A DNA stretch of 64,000 bases, from contig JAANOX010000019.1 in NCBI GenBank assembly GCA_020184695.1, forward strand, positions 124,001 to 188,000. The letters run 5' to 3'. A program made the position numbers and the translations under genes. Numbering within the stretch: the first letter of the stretch is position 1; each line of letters opens with the position of its first letter. Below, in pieces: positions 1 to 12,482 of the stretch. This stretch comes from Histomonas meleagridis 2922-C6/04-290x (taxonomy: Eukaryota > Protista > Parabasalia). Under the pieces are notes generated by a model. The model was not told the DNA's origin. It ran no database searches and worked only from the letters and a program-made list of their open reading frames with translations.

Positions 1-1
1 A

Positions 2-967
2 ACTTATTTCTTTGATTAAATCAATTCCATCTTCAAAAGTTTGAATAGATGAAAAATTAAAAACACACTCAGGACTTGGAGAAGGTTCGAAAGATTCATA
101 TCTTTGTTCATTAGGAAGTATTAAGTCATGATTTTGTGATTCAATTTTCCCAATTATATCTCCTGGTAATGTTTGAAAAAAAGAAATAATTTTGTTGGTT
201 TCAAGAAAAGGTAAAATGTTTTCGAAGATAATAAATGCTTCATTTTGTAATTTATGTAAAAATGATTGAATAACTTCAAATGAATGTCGAATGATTTTTG
301 GTGTTATATATTCTTTTTTATTCATACAAAGAATTGATATTAATAAGCCTAAATCATTCGCATTTGATTTATGTCTTAACCCTCCTTCTTCCTTAATTAA
401 TAATTCTAAATATATCGGAAGATATGATGCAATTTCTGGTGTAACTGATGGATTCGCAAAAAAATAATTTGTAAATGACGAATAAATTGAGGAAAATAAT
501 TGCTTGGTAAATGATTGGGAAATAATATAAAAAATGTCAGTGAATGCCATGTTAACCATGTCTTGAAATTCATGATTTGAAATGAATGTAAATGCTGGAA
601 ATAATGAATCGATACCTTCCGGAGTGGTGGTAATTTCGTATTGAACTAAAAATGCTATATATTGATAGAGTACAAAAAAACCTAAATAATTGTTAACAAT
701 TGGATCTTTTAAATCTGCTTTTGGAATCTCGCTTAAAGAAAATGTGTCAAGTGATAAATAAATTCCTAATTTGGATATTAATTCAAAAACAGATTTTGCA
801 TCTTTAGGAATTGATTTAATTTGTTGACTATTTAATAATTTGATTTGGATATTTTTGAGAGACTGAAATTTTGAAAGACGTGAAATAGCATCTTTGGTTT
901 GTAGATTTGCATGACACGATAAAATAGAATATACAATTTTTTTTCGTTCTGGATGAGATGGATCCAT
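2..967 (-). CDS. Hypothetical protein, 5' part (ORF runs off the window edge)
   Basis: Manual translation from ATG at 967 (MDPSHPERKKIVYSILSCH...) stays open for about 322 codons to the window edge; it is absent from the ORF track because no stop lies in the window. Confidence 0.7.
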   Translation of the reverse strand, partial: MDPSHPERKKIVYSILSCHANLQTKDAISRLSKFQSLKNIQIKLLNSQQIKSIPKDAKSVFELISKLGIYLSLDTFSLSEIPKADLKDPIVNNYLGFFVLYQYIAFLVQYEITTTPEGIDSLFPAFTFISNHEFQDMVNMAFTDIFYIISQSFTKQLFSSIYSSFTNYFFANPSVTPEIASYLPIYLELLIKEEGGLRHKSNANDLGLLISILCMNKKEYITPKIIRHSFEVIQSFLHKLQNEAFIIFENILPFLETNKIISFFQTLPGDIIGKIESQNHDLILPNEQRYESFEPSPSPECVFNFSSIQTFEDGIDLIKEIS

Positions 968-1548
968 CTGGCCGTTCAATAGTTTACATTTTTTTTAACG
1001 TGTTTTTCGTAAAAAGCCAGAATTCATTTTATTTGTTACAAAATCATAAAATAAGAATGAAAAAACTAAAAATAAGTCATAACCAAATTCAACAGCATCA
1101 ACCTCAAATATAATTTTACATAATTACATTAATTTTCTAAAAATATTTTTTTGGTTTTTTAATTGCTTTCATAGTTAACAAGACATTTGCAATAAGTTAA
1201 CATGAAATATATCTTTTTATAGATATTTTTATTATTTTATTAGCTTTTTAGAATTTCATCCACACAAGACTTCGATTGGGGCACCCTTCGATAGCCGTTA
1301 TCGGTGATTTCACTTTTCATTGAGTTTTCGGTTTTTTGAATGGTTTCAGTGATCAAATGTCTTTGATGATAAAATACATTTATCTTTAAATTGTAATAAT
1401 ATTATATTGATATTTTAGATTATTTTATTACCAAACTATACTTAAGATTAAATATTAAATATTTTCATATTATTTAATTTATATAAGAAAATATTACTGT
1501 TTTATTAATTATCCATAAAAGGGACAAAATGAACTATTTAAAAACACT

Positions 1549-1554
1549 TCACTT
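1549..1554 (+). promoter_or_regulatory. Initiator (Inr) element TCACTT
   Basis: Matches the trichomonad Inr consensus TCA(C/T)(T/A); it ends 10 nt before the fimbrin ATG. Confidence 0.6.
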
Positions 1555-1564
1555 AACACATTAT

Positions 1565-3409
1565 ATGCCTGTTAACGCAAACGAGTACATCCCAAAGTAC
1601 CCACAACTCACACCTGATGAAATTCTCATGTATTCCCAGCACTTCAACAGCCTTGATGCTGATGATTCTGGAAAATTAGGAATCACCGAAATCATGGCCC
1701 TCTTCAAGTCTATTCAAGTTCCAGCTACACGTGATGAAGTTAAGAAGTACATCGAAGAAGTAGATATCGATGGTGATGGCCTTATTGACTTTGGTGAATT
1801 CCTTACAATCTTCATCAAAGAAAAGGAAAGTGGTGCAGCATCCAAACTTAGTGAAGGTCTTAAGAAGCAACAAAACCTTATCAAGGCAGCTGGTGCCCGT
1901 GGTGAACACGCTTATCCACAAGAAGAAGTCACTGGTTTTGTTAACTATCTTAACCAAGAACTTGGTGAAGATCCAGCCCTTCAACACATCCTCCCAATTG
2001 ATCCAGAAGGTGATGCTCTCTTCACAGCCGTTCAAGATGGTATCCTTATGTGCAAGCTTGTTAACCTTGCTGCTCCAGACACAATCCATGACAAAGTTAT
2101 TGCTCTTCCACCAAAACTTAACCAATACAAGATCCTTGAAAACTGTACACTTGCCATCAACTCCGCCAAGTCCATTGGTATGTCAACAGTTAACATTGGT
2201 CCACACGATATCCGCGAAGGTGTTCCACATCTTGTTCTTGGTCTTACATGGCAACTTATCCGTGAATCACTTCTCAAGGATATCCAACTTACAGTTCACC
2301 CAGAACTTTTCCGTCTTCTTAAGCCAGGAGAAACAATCGAAGATCTCCTCAAACTTAAGCCAGAAGAAATTCTTCTTCGTTGGTTGAACTATCATCTTGA
2401 AAATGCTGGAAGCCAACGTCGTGCAACCAACTTCACAAAGGATCTTTCTGATTCTGAAATCCTTACCACAGTTCTCAAGCAAATCGCACCAGAATGCTGC
2501 ACAATGGCCCCAATGCGCGAGAGCGATCTTTCCGAACGTGCCGAATTAATGCTCCAAGAAGCCGACAAGATCGAATGCCGCAAGTTCGTTACACCACGTG
2601 AAATTGTCCGTGGCCATCCAAAGCTTAACCTTGCATTTGTTGCTAACATCTTCAACACACGTCCAGGACTTGAGCCATTATCCGAAGCCGAACTCGCACA
2701 ACTCGATGAAGCATTATTCGCTGCACAAGGCACACGTATCGAACGTCAATTCTGCCTCTGGATGAACTCATGCGGCGTTGATCCGTTCGTTTCCAACCTC
2801 GCTGATGGCGTCAAGGACGGACTTGTCTTACTCCAAATGCTTGACAAGCTCGAGCCAGGATGCGTCAACTGGAAGCAAGTCAGTACACAAAAGATGAACA
2901 AGTTCAAGGCAGTCCAGAACAACGACTATGTTGTCAAGATCTGCAAGGACACACTCGGCTTATCACTTGTCAACATCTCCGGCGCAGATATCAATGATGG
3001 AAACACTAAATTGATCTTAGCCGTCATGTGGCAAATGATGAGATACGACTACTTGAAGACATTCAAGAAGCTCGGCGGCGGCGCTAAGATCAAGGATGAG
3101 CAAATCGTCGCATGGGCCAACGAGAAGACAGCCGGCAAATGCGAAATCAAGTCGTTCAAGGACGATGCAATCTCGGACTCTAAGCCAATCTTGACACTCA
3201 TCGACGTCCTCAAGCCAGAGACAGTCGACTGGTCAATCTACGACAGCTCAGGCGAACCAGAGATGATGGCACGTAACGCGAAGTACGTATTGTCAATGGT
3301 CCGTAAGTTCGGTGGCACCGTTTATGCACTCCCAGAAGATATCGTTGAACATGTTCCTGAAATGGTTATGACTGTTTACGCATCATTAATGGCTATTGCT
3401 GAACAGTAA
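1565..3409 (+). CDS. FIM: Fimbrin/plastin (EF-hands plus two actin-binding domains of tandem CH domains)
   Basis: EF-hands DADDSGKL and DIDGDGLIDFGEF; fimbrin motifs DGILMCKLVN, LVLGLTWQLIR, PEEILLRWLNYHL, LNLAFVANIFN. The ATG at 1565 follows an Inr-like TCACTT, so it is preferred over 1529. Confidence 0.95.
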   Translation: MPVNANEYIPKYPQLTPDEILMYSQHFNSLDADDSGKLGITEIMALFKSIQVPATRDEVKKYIEEVDIDGDGLIDFGEFLTIFIKEKESGAASKLSEGLKKQQNLIKAAGARGEHAYPQEEVTGFVNYLNQELGEDPALQHILPIDPEGDALFTAVQDGILMCKLVNLAAPDTIHDKVIALPPKLNQYKILENCTLAINSAKSIGMSTVNIGPHDIREGVPHLVLGLTWQLIRESLLKDIQLTVHPELFRLLKPGETIEDLLKLKPEEILLRWLNYHLENAGSQRRATNFTKDLSDSEILTTVLKQIAPECCTMAPMRESDLSERAELMLQEADKIECRKFVTPREIVRGHPKLNLAFVANIFNTRPGLEPLSEAELAQLDEALFAAQGTRIERQFCLWMNSCGVDPFVSNLADGVKDGLVLLQMLDKLEPGCVNWKQVSTQKMNKFKAVQNNDYVVKICKDTLGLSLVNISGADINDGNTKLILAVMWQMMRYDYLKTFKKLGGGAKIKDEQIVAWANEKTAGKCEIKSFKDDAISDSKPILTLIDVLKPETVDWSIYDSSGEPEMMARNAKYVLSMVRKFGGTVYALPEDIVEHVPEMVMTVYASLMAIAEQ

Positions 3410-3630
3410 GTAAACAAAATCATGATTTGAATTCGATATAAAAATGACGTTAACATTAAAAGGGTTAGAACCCGCTTAATTTTCAATGGGAATTCAATCT
3501 TTGTGTTAAAAAATATCTGTTGAATTCAATTTCGGCTTTTTGTGGGCGTGGTGAAAAAAATTCGTTATTTCGGACTCCGAATTTGTGGCGGGATGCGAAT
3601 AAACTATTGAACCCGCAATCTCGTTGCAAA

Positions 3631-6600
3631 ATGGCTTTGGTTGCGCGTGTTTTAGGGAGCCCTGGTGCAATGCCTGGACCAGGTTCTTATGATACACCTA
3701 AACTTTCTGCTTATAAACCAAGAAGCCCAGAGTTCACATTAAAAAGTAGGCACGAGACAAATTCAGAAATAATTGCAGCGCCTTATCAAGATGTTGGTTC
3801 AACTATTGGTCAAGGACCTAAAATTACGATGTCATCACGACATAAGATGAAAGAATTTGAAGACACGCCAGGACCTAATTATGTTCCGCCACCACTTGGA
3901 GCGGATGCACCTAAAGCAACAATTACATCACGACATTCAGAAACACGTGATTCACGACTTGATAATCCAGGTCCAGGAGCATATAACATTCAACCTAAAT
4001 TTGCTAATGATGCCAATAAATTTACAATGCATTCACGAACTAATACAGGTGAAGTTGATTCGTGTTCACCAGGTCCAGGTGCATATATGCCTAATATTGA
4101 TGCAGTCAAGAAACGAGCACCATCAGCATCAATGCATATTCGACCAAAGGATCAAGATATTTCAGTTACACCAGGACCATCAGATTATGTAGTATCACGA
4201 GATTTAGGAGGTAAATCGAGTACTATTGGATGTAAAAACAAAAAGACAGAGATATTTCAGTTACACCAGGACCAGCAGATTATTCACCGAATGATAACAA
4301 ACCTAAATCACCACAATTTACAATGAAAGGACGACATGAAACTAAACAAGAAGTTATTGCAGCACCATATCGTGATATTGGTTCAACTATTGGTCAAGGA
4401 CCTAAAATTACGATGTCATCACGACATAAGATGAAAAGAATTTGAAGACACGCCAGGACCTAATTATGTTCCGCCACCACTTGGCGCAGATGCACCTAAA
4501 GCAACAATTACATCACGACATTCAGAAACACGTGATTCACGACTTGATAATCCAGGTCCAGGAGCATATAACATTCAACCTAAATTTGCTAATGATGCCA
4601 ATAAATTTACTATGCATTCACGAACTAATACAGGTGAAGTTGATTCGTGTTCACCAGGTCCAGGTGCATATATGCCTAATATTGATGCAGTCAAGAAACG
4701 AGCACCATCAGCATCAATGCATATTCGACCAAAGGATCAAGATATTTCAGTTACACCAGGACCATCAGATTATGTAGTATCACGAGATTTAGGAGGTAAA
4801 TCGAGTACTATTGCATGTAAAACAAAAGACAGAGATATTTCAGTTACACCAGGACCAGCAGATTATTCACCGAATGATAACAAACCTAAATCACCACAAT
4901 TTACAATGAAAGGACGACATGAAACTAAACAAGAAGTTATTGCAGCACCATATCGTGATATTGGTTCAACTATTGGTCAAGGACCTAAAATTACGATGTC
5001 ATCACGACATAAGATGAAAGAATTTGAAGACACGCCAGGACCTAATTATGTTCCGCCACCACTTGGCGCAGATGCACCTAAAGCAACAATTACATCACGA
5101 CATTCAGAAACACGTGATTCACGACTTGATAATCCAGGTCCAGGAGCATATAACATTCAACCTAAATTTGCTAATGATGCCAATAAATTTACAATGCATT
5201 CACGAACTAATACAGGTGAAGTTGATTCGTGTTCACCAGGTCCAGGTGCATATATGCCTAATATTGATGCAGTCAAGAAACGAGCACCATCAGCATCAAT
5301 GCATATTCGACCAAAGGATCAAGATATTTCAGTTACACCAGGACCATCAGATTATGTAGTATCACGAGATTTAGGAGGTAAATCGAGTACTATTGGATGT
5401 AAAACAAAAAGACAGAGATATTTCAGTTACACCAGGACCAGCAGATTATTCACCGAATGATAACAAACCTAAATCACCACAATTTACAATGAAAGGACGA
5501 CATGAAACTAAACAAGAAGTTATTGCAGCACCATATCGTGATATTGGTTCAACTATTGGTCAAGGACCTAAAATTACGATGTCATCACGACATAAGATGA
5601 AAAGAATTTGAAGACACGCCAGGACCTAATTATGTTCCGCCACCACTTGGCGCAGATGCACCTAAAGCAACAATTACATCACGACATTCAGAAACACGTG
5701 ATTCACGACTTGATAATCCAGGTCCAGGAGCATATAACATTCAACCTAAATTTGCTAATGATGCCAATAAATTTACAATGCATTCACGAACTAATACAGG
5801 TGAAGTTGATTCGTGTTCACCAGGTCCAGGTGCATATATGCCTAATATTGATGCAGTCAAGAAACGAGCACCATCAGCATCAATGCATATTCGACCAAAG
5901 GATCAAGATATTTCAGTTACACCAGGACCATCAGATTATGTAGTATCACGAGATTTAGGAGGTAAATCGAGTACTATTGGATGTAAAACAAAAAGACAGA
6001 GATATTTCAGTTACACCAGGACCAGCAGATTATTCACCGAATGATAACAAACCTAAATCACCACAATTTACAATGAAAGGACGACATGAAACTAAACAAG
6101 AAGTTATTGCAGCACCATATCGTGATATTGGTTCAACTATTGGTCAAGGACCTAAAAATTACGATGTCATCACGACATAAGATGAAAGAATTTGAAGACA
6201 CGCCAGGACCTAATTATGTTCCGCCACCACTTGGCGCAGATGCACCTAAAGCAACAATTACATCACGACATTCAGAAACACGTGATTCACGACTTGATAA
6301 TCCAGGTCCAGGAGCATATAACATTCAACCTAAATTTGCTAATGATGCCAATAAATTTACAATGCATTCACGAACTAATACAGGTGAAGTTGATTCGTGT
6401 TCACCAGGTCCAGGTGCATATATGCCTAATATTGATGCAGTCAAGAAACGAGCACCATCAGCATCAATGCATATTCGACCAAAGGATCAAGATATTTCAG
6501 TTACACCAGGACCATCAGATTATGTAGTATCACGAGATTTAGGAGGTAAATCGAGTACTATTGGATGTAAAACAAAAGACAGAGATATTTCAGTTACACC

Positions 6601-8339
6601 AGGACCAGCAGATTATTCACCGAATGATAACAAACCTAAATCACCACAATTTACAATGAAAGGACGACATGAAACTAAACAAGAAGTTATTGCAGCACCA
6701 TATCGTGATATTGGTTCAACTATTGGTCAAGGACCTAAAATTACGATGTCATCACGACATAAGATGAAAGAATTTGAAGACACGCCAGGACCTAATTATG
6801 TTCCGCCACCACTTGGCGCAGATGCACCTAAAGCAACAATTACATCACGACATTCAGAAACACGTGATTCACGACTTGATAATCCAGGTCCAGGAGCATA
6901 TAACATTCAACCTAAATTTGCTAATGATGCCAATAAATTTACTATGCATTCACGAACTAATACAGGTGAAGTTGATTCGTGTTCACCAGGTCCAGGTGCA
7001 TATATGCCTAATATTGATGCAGTCAAGAAACGAGCACCATCAGCATCAATGCATATTCGACCAAAGGATCAAGATATTTCAGTTACACCAGGACCATCAG
7101 ATTATGTAGTATCACGAGATTTAGGAGCTAAATCGAGTACAATTGGATGTAAAACAAAAGACAGAGATATTTCAGTTACACCAGGACCAGCAGATTATTC
7201 ACCGAATGATAACAAACCTAAATTACCACAACTTACAATGAAAAGGACGACATGAAACTAAACAAGAAGTTATTGCAGCACCATATCGTGATATTGGTTC
7301 AACTATTGGTCAAGGACCTAAAATTACGATGTCATCACGACATAAGATGAAAGAATTTGAAGACACGCCAGGACCTAATTATGTTCCGCCACCACTTGGC
7401 GCAGATGCACCTAAAGCAACAATTACATCACGACATTCAGAAACACGTGATTCACGACTTGATAATCCAGGTCCAGGAGCATATAACATTCAACCTAAAT
7501 TTGCTAATGATGCCAATAAATTTACAATGCATTCACGAACTAATACAGGTGAAGTTGATTCGTGTTCACCAGGTCCAGGTGCATATATGCCTAATATTGA
7601 TGCAGTCAAGAAACGAGCACCTTCTGCTAGTATGCATATTCGACCAAAGGATCAAGATATTTCAGTTACACCAGGACCATCAGATTATGTAGTATCACGA
7701 GATTTAGGAGGTAAATCGAGTACTATTGGATGTAAAACAAAAGACAGAGATATTTCAGTTACACCAGGACCAGCAGATTATTCACCGAATGATAACAAAC
7801 CTAAATCACCACAATTTACAATGAAAGGACGACATGAAACTAAACAAGAAGTTATTGCAGCACCATATCGTGATATTGGTTCAACTATTGGTCAAGGACC
7901 TAAAATTACGATGTCATCACGACATAAGATGAAAGAATTTGAAGACACGCCAGGACCTAATTATGTTCCGCCACCACTTGGCGCAGATGCACCTAAAGCA
8001 ACAATTACATCACGACATTCAGAAACACGTGATTCACGACTTGATAATCCAGGTCCAGGAGCATATAACATTCAACCTAAATTTGCTAATGATGCCAATA
8101 AATTTACAATGCATTCACGAACTAATACAGGTGAAGTTGATTCGTGTTCACCAGGTCCAGGAGCATATATGCCTAATATTGATGCAGTCAAGAAACGAGC
8201 ACCTTCTGCTAGTATGCATATTCGACCTAAAGATAAAGGATCAGAAGAAACCCCAGGTTATGTGGCTTTACCATCAACACTTCAAGGACCATATTGGACG
8301 ATTAAAGGTCGTGAAAATTTGGACCTCATTCCAGTTTAA
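3631..8339 (+). CDS. SHIPPO/STPG (PGPGxY) repeat protein, ODF3-like, about 1566 aa after removing 8 extra A bases
   Basis: Many PGPGAY/TPGPxDY motifs. ATG at 3631, stop at 8339. The ORF is broken only by extra A's in A-runs (near 4237 [+2], 4435, 5405, 5600, 5990, 6153, 7243); 4709-8=4701 nt, which is divisible by 3. Confidence 0.8.
3745..8234 (+). repeat. Tandem array of about 7.7 near-identical 582-bp (194-aa) coding units
   Basis: Equivalent positions recur at 3857, 4442, 5024, 5608, 6192, 6774, 7357 and 7939 (582 nt plus the inserted A's). Confidence 0.97.
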
Positions 8340-9117
8340 TTTGGATTTTTTTTTCCTATATTTTTTTAACCAATTTGTTTATAAGGTATATGATACCATT
8401 TATAATAAATTAAAAATAACAAAAATCAATATATTTTGTTTTCAAATTTGTTTTTATTTATACAAAAATTTATAAATTGAAAAATTATCCTCGTTTTCAA
8501 GGTTTAAAACAAAAGTTATTTTATGATTCCGTTGATAATAAATTTTGATATTATTAAATGAATTTTTTCAAATATTGTAAAAAATATTTGGAATCAAGTT
8601 TATCATTACTATTCTTTTTTCGTTCTATTTCAAAAGTAAAGAACCTTAAAAAAAGGTGAAATTATTTTGGTCTATTGTTTACGAACAAAAAGAGTTAGCC
8701 CAGAACAATCCACTTATTCGAACCCAATTAATTGTTGTTAATTGCATTGAAATTTGTGATAAAAAAGTATGATGAAACAATTATATAATCGTTATTTTGA
8801 ATGAACACCCCCCATTTAAAGGGTTCGTTAGTTGGTACGAACAAAAATCCATAGAAATATTGAACTGAAAGTTATCAAACGTTCATCAATATTGGAGGTT
8901 ATCACCTATTCAATTTTGATCGCTATTCAAAATTAGTTTTCTCCGTAATAACGATAAGCATGCTCAGAATCGGTTTGGGTACAGAGAATTTTGAATGGTG
9001 ATCGCACATGCGGTGTTTTCAGATAAATTTTTCTGGTGCGCCTGCTCTGAATTTTGAATCGCATTCAATTTTCTATCCAAAGCGTATTTTGACAGTTACT
9101 TATCATTTGATACATTC

Positions 9118-9585
9118 ATGACCCAAAACATCAGCCAAAATCAAACGGCACAACTCCCTGGAATAACAGAATTACCTTTGTCAAACGTAGATATTGCTTT
9201 CTTTCGTAATGGAGAAAAAGCAATTCAACAAATCCTTCAATCAAAAGTAAAAGGTTCATGGTCACCAGAAGAAGATGAATTACTAAAAGCAGCAGTTTCA
9301 AAAAGTCAGCCAATATTATGGGAAGTTGTTGCTGAATCAGTACCAGGAAGAACAGCTATTCAATGTAAAGAAAGATGGGTATATCGCCTTTCTCCAGACG
9401 TGAAGAAAACAAGATTTGAAAGGTGGGAAGATGAATTAATCATTAGAGAAAGGAAACGAGTGGGAAATCATTGGACATTAATATCCAATTTATTACCAGG
9501 CCGCACATCACAATCTGTCAAAAATAGATGGTATTCTGTTCTTAGAAACAGAGTTCCTGTCGCAGAGGAGAGAGCGATATATTAA
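9118..9585 (+). CDS. R2R3-Myb DNA-binding protein
   Basis: WSPEEDELL...PGRTAIQCKERW and WEDELI...LPGRTSQSVKNRW repeats; Inr-like TCATTT at 9103. Confidence 0.9.
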   Translation: MTQNISQNQTAQLPGITELPLSNVDIAFFRNGEKAIQQILQSKVKGSWSPEEDELLKAAVSKSQPILWEVVAESVPGRTAIQCKERWVYRLSPDVKKTRFERWEDELIIRERKRVGNHWTLISNLLPGRTSQSVKNRWYSVLRNRVPVAEERAIY

Positions 9586-10217
9586 GAAGATAGTTTGGAA
9601 ACATCGAAAACATGTTTTTTGAAAAAACTGGATTATAATTCAGAAATAAAATAGAAAGTAAAGTTAATAAAATACAATGTGATTACATGAACAATCTTAA
9701 TGAATAAGATAAGATAACAACAAAAAACTCATGATTATCACATCATCTTTTCATAAAATTGTATCAATTTTTATCGGGCATAATTCAAAATTTAAGGGCA
9801 TCAACACAAAAATGTTTATAAAAGTGTTTACAACTGTGATCACTGAATTTCTTTTGTTCTTTGTTTTTATTAAAGTTTCCTTATGTTAATTTTCTCTTTA
9901 AAGTGTATGCTCGAAATAAAATATAAAAATCAAAATATGATTTGATCAATGACCCTTATTTAAGATCTTTTGTAAACTAACATAATTCTTGATAAATCAA
10001 GGAAACTAAGAATATAACAAAAGATTATATTTATCTTTTTTGGTCAATTCCTGTTTTCCAAAGAAAGATATCACAGAAGATTATCTTCTATTTGATCTGT
10101 ACACTTGAAACCGTTACAGACATGACGATTAAAAACAACTGAAAAAGATATGGCAAATGTCGATGTCAAAAACGGTTTGGTTGGCTAAACTGGCGAACGA
10201 TAGAAGGGCAATTGCAA

Positions 10218-11516
10218 ATGTTTTTCTTTCTTTCACTTGCAAGACTCATCTTCTCTCTATCTTTATCCGACCTCAACCCGCCTTTTGAAGTAGATAAAGA
10301 AGGAAATGTTGGTCATTGGGAATTTGCTGGTTCTGCAGGCGTGAGAGATAATGTTGTGATGCTTGTTCCACCAATCCAATACAACATGGGATGCGCTTGG
10401 ACTAATGTTCAAATCCCAAGTGGTACATGGTCAATGATTTATAAGTTACGCATTTATGATGGAACAGGTGGTGGCGGTGGTTTTGGTATATGGTTTGTTG
10501 ACAAATATGGTGCATACGGAAATATTCATGCAGGTCCACAAAAGTTCAAAGGAATTGGTCTTTCTGGCTCTGTAATTACTGATGCACGTAATTCACATTC
10601 ATTAAAACTTAGTTTTTTACAAAACGACGGCACAATAACATATGATCCCGAAAATCTTCCAGATCCAATCGTTTATAAATTCAGACGTGCAAATGTTGTT
10701 ACTATCAAATTCAAATTCAACGGAAAGAATCTTCGTATCTCAATCACTGATACTGATGATGACTTTGACATATTCAATGAAGAAATCAAAGTTCCATATG
10801 AAAAAGGATATATGGGTATTACAGCTAATACAGATGCACACACATGCCGTATTGATCTCCACAGCATTGAATTTATTCTTGGTGAAGAATCAAAGTCTGT
10901 TAATGATGATTTTGTTTCACGTAAAGTACATATTGATGAAAATAATCCCAGCACATATGAACCAGAGATCAAAGGAATCCTCCGTAATCCTATTTTCAAC
11001 AAAACAGCCAGAGCTGTTGATGTATATTTTTCACCTAATACACGTAAACCTACTGAAGCAACCGCTGACGAAGTTTTAGACATTGTAAGCGAGATGTGCT
11101 TTGTCTCTTTCTTTGTTTCATCCTTCAGTGAGCTTAACGACTACATCAGAGGTACACTTGGCCCTTACGCGCAAAAGTGGCACCGAAGAACCGTTAGAAT
11201 GGTGGAGAACGTTAAGAAGGCACGCAATGTTTTCGAACTTGCATTTAACTCTACGGATTCAATTGTACGTAATTTGAACTCTACTATCACTGTTAACTTA
11301 GTTAAGACGACACTTAATGTTATTGATCTTACTGAGCTTATGACACAAGAAGCCGAAAAAGATATCGAAGAAGTCGATGAGGAAATGGCACAAGTATCAA
11401 AGACACCAATAACAAAAGTACTCGTAATAATTGCTATTGTAGAGTTCGTGTTGTTAGCATTGTTCCTTTTATTAAGCAGAAATAAGAATATACAATCAAA
11501 GATATTTGGCTTTTAA
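10218..11516 (+). CDS. L-type lectin (ERGIC-53/VIP36/Emp46-like) type I membrane protein
   Basis: Signal peptide; W-F-GSA, GGGFGIWF, FKGIGL and GYMGITA lectin-fold motifs; coiled-coil stalk; C-terminal TM with a short tail ending IFGF. The ATG is at 10218. Confidence 0.75.
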   Translation: MFFFLSLARLIFSLSLSDLNPPFEVDKEGNVGHWEFAGSAGVRDNVVMLVPPIQYNMGCAWTNVQIPSGTWSMIYKLRIYDGTGGGGGFGIWFVDKYGAYGNIHAGPQKFKGIGLSGSVITDARNSHSLKLSFLQNDGTITYDPENLPDPIVYKFRRANVVTIKFKFNGKNLRISITDTDDDFDIFNEEIKVPYEKGYMGITANTDAHTCRIDLHSIEFILGEESKSVNDDFVSRKVHIDENNPSTYEPEIKGILRNPIFNKTARAVDVYFSPNTRKPTEATADEVLDIVSEMCFVSFFVSSFSELNDYIRGTLGPYAQKWHRRTVRMVENVKKARNVFELAFNSTDSIVRNLNSTITVNLVKTTLNVIDLTELMTQEAEKDIEEVDEEMAQVSKTPITKVLVIIAIVEFVLLALFLLLSRNKNIQSKIFGF

Positions 11517-12482
11517 TTGAAAATTTACTAAATCACATTGTCAAAAACTTTGAAATGAGATAAAATTTTATTTTATTTTTAATTTTTAATGCGACAGAAT
11601 GAAATATAAAGCGATTGTTTTATAAGAGTATGATTAAGATTATTTCAAGATCATTAAGAAGTTCTTGGATATCAAATATTAAAGAAGCTAGCTTTTCGTA
11701 AAGCCTCAATGATTAATGCAAGATGTTCACAGCAATTTGTAAAGAATTCTCCATTGAAAACACTTAAAATTGTTGATGCTAGAAATATTGATGATTTTTT
11801 TTAATGTAATTACAGACTATCCATTAGTTTTCAAAAAGATTTTATAATTGTTTGTTCCATAGTTGATCACTTGTCTTTAGCTGGAGTTAAAATACTCAGT
11901 TTTGATTATTTAACAACAAGAAAGAGGTTAATGAATGAGTGTAATATGGAATACAATGAAATTGTTTTTAACACATAAGAAAATGAAGAGCCGCAGGGAT
12001 ACGCAATGCAAAATATATCAATACCTCATTTTCTATCCATATCATTGAAGCATTTTTTACTATTAATCGAATGATGAGGAATATTCCACAATCTTCGTGA
12101 CCTTCAGTTCAGAATGTAATCATAGATATCTATCATTGATACCTAAAGCTTTATTTTATTCAAATATTCGTTCATAATCCTCAATAATTATTTCATCTCT
12201 TTTGTCAGAAAAATACCTTAAAAATATGAATTATTAAATTACATCTATTAATCATGTTAAAGGAACCTTAATATGATTATAGTGACACAACTCCACAATC
12301 ATGAACTTCAGCATTATGATTCACATAAATCACATTAGAATTCTTTGAAATAATTATTGCTGAAAGTGTAAAATATTTTACATAGTTTCCACTTTAAAAG
12401 TATTCTGTTACATTTAATTTTACAATTTTGAACATTAATTTCATATTCCGAACAATATACAAATAAAAGTTTTTATTTAATT

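Noticed and set aside
3857-8475. Eight repeated MKTRQDL... ORFs
   Set aside because: Alternative-frame shadows of the SHIPPO repeat array.
11600-12150. Protein-like fragments between the lectin and kexin-like genes
   Set aside because: Short, stop-ridden and without a recognisable family.
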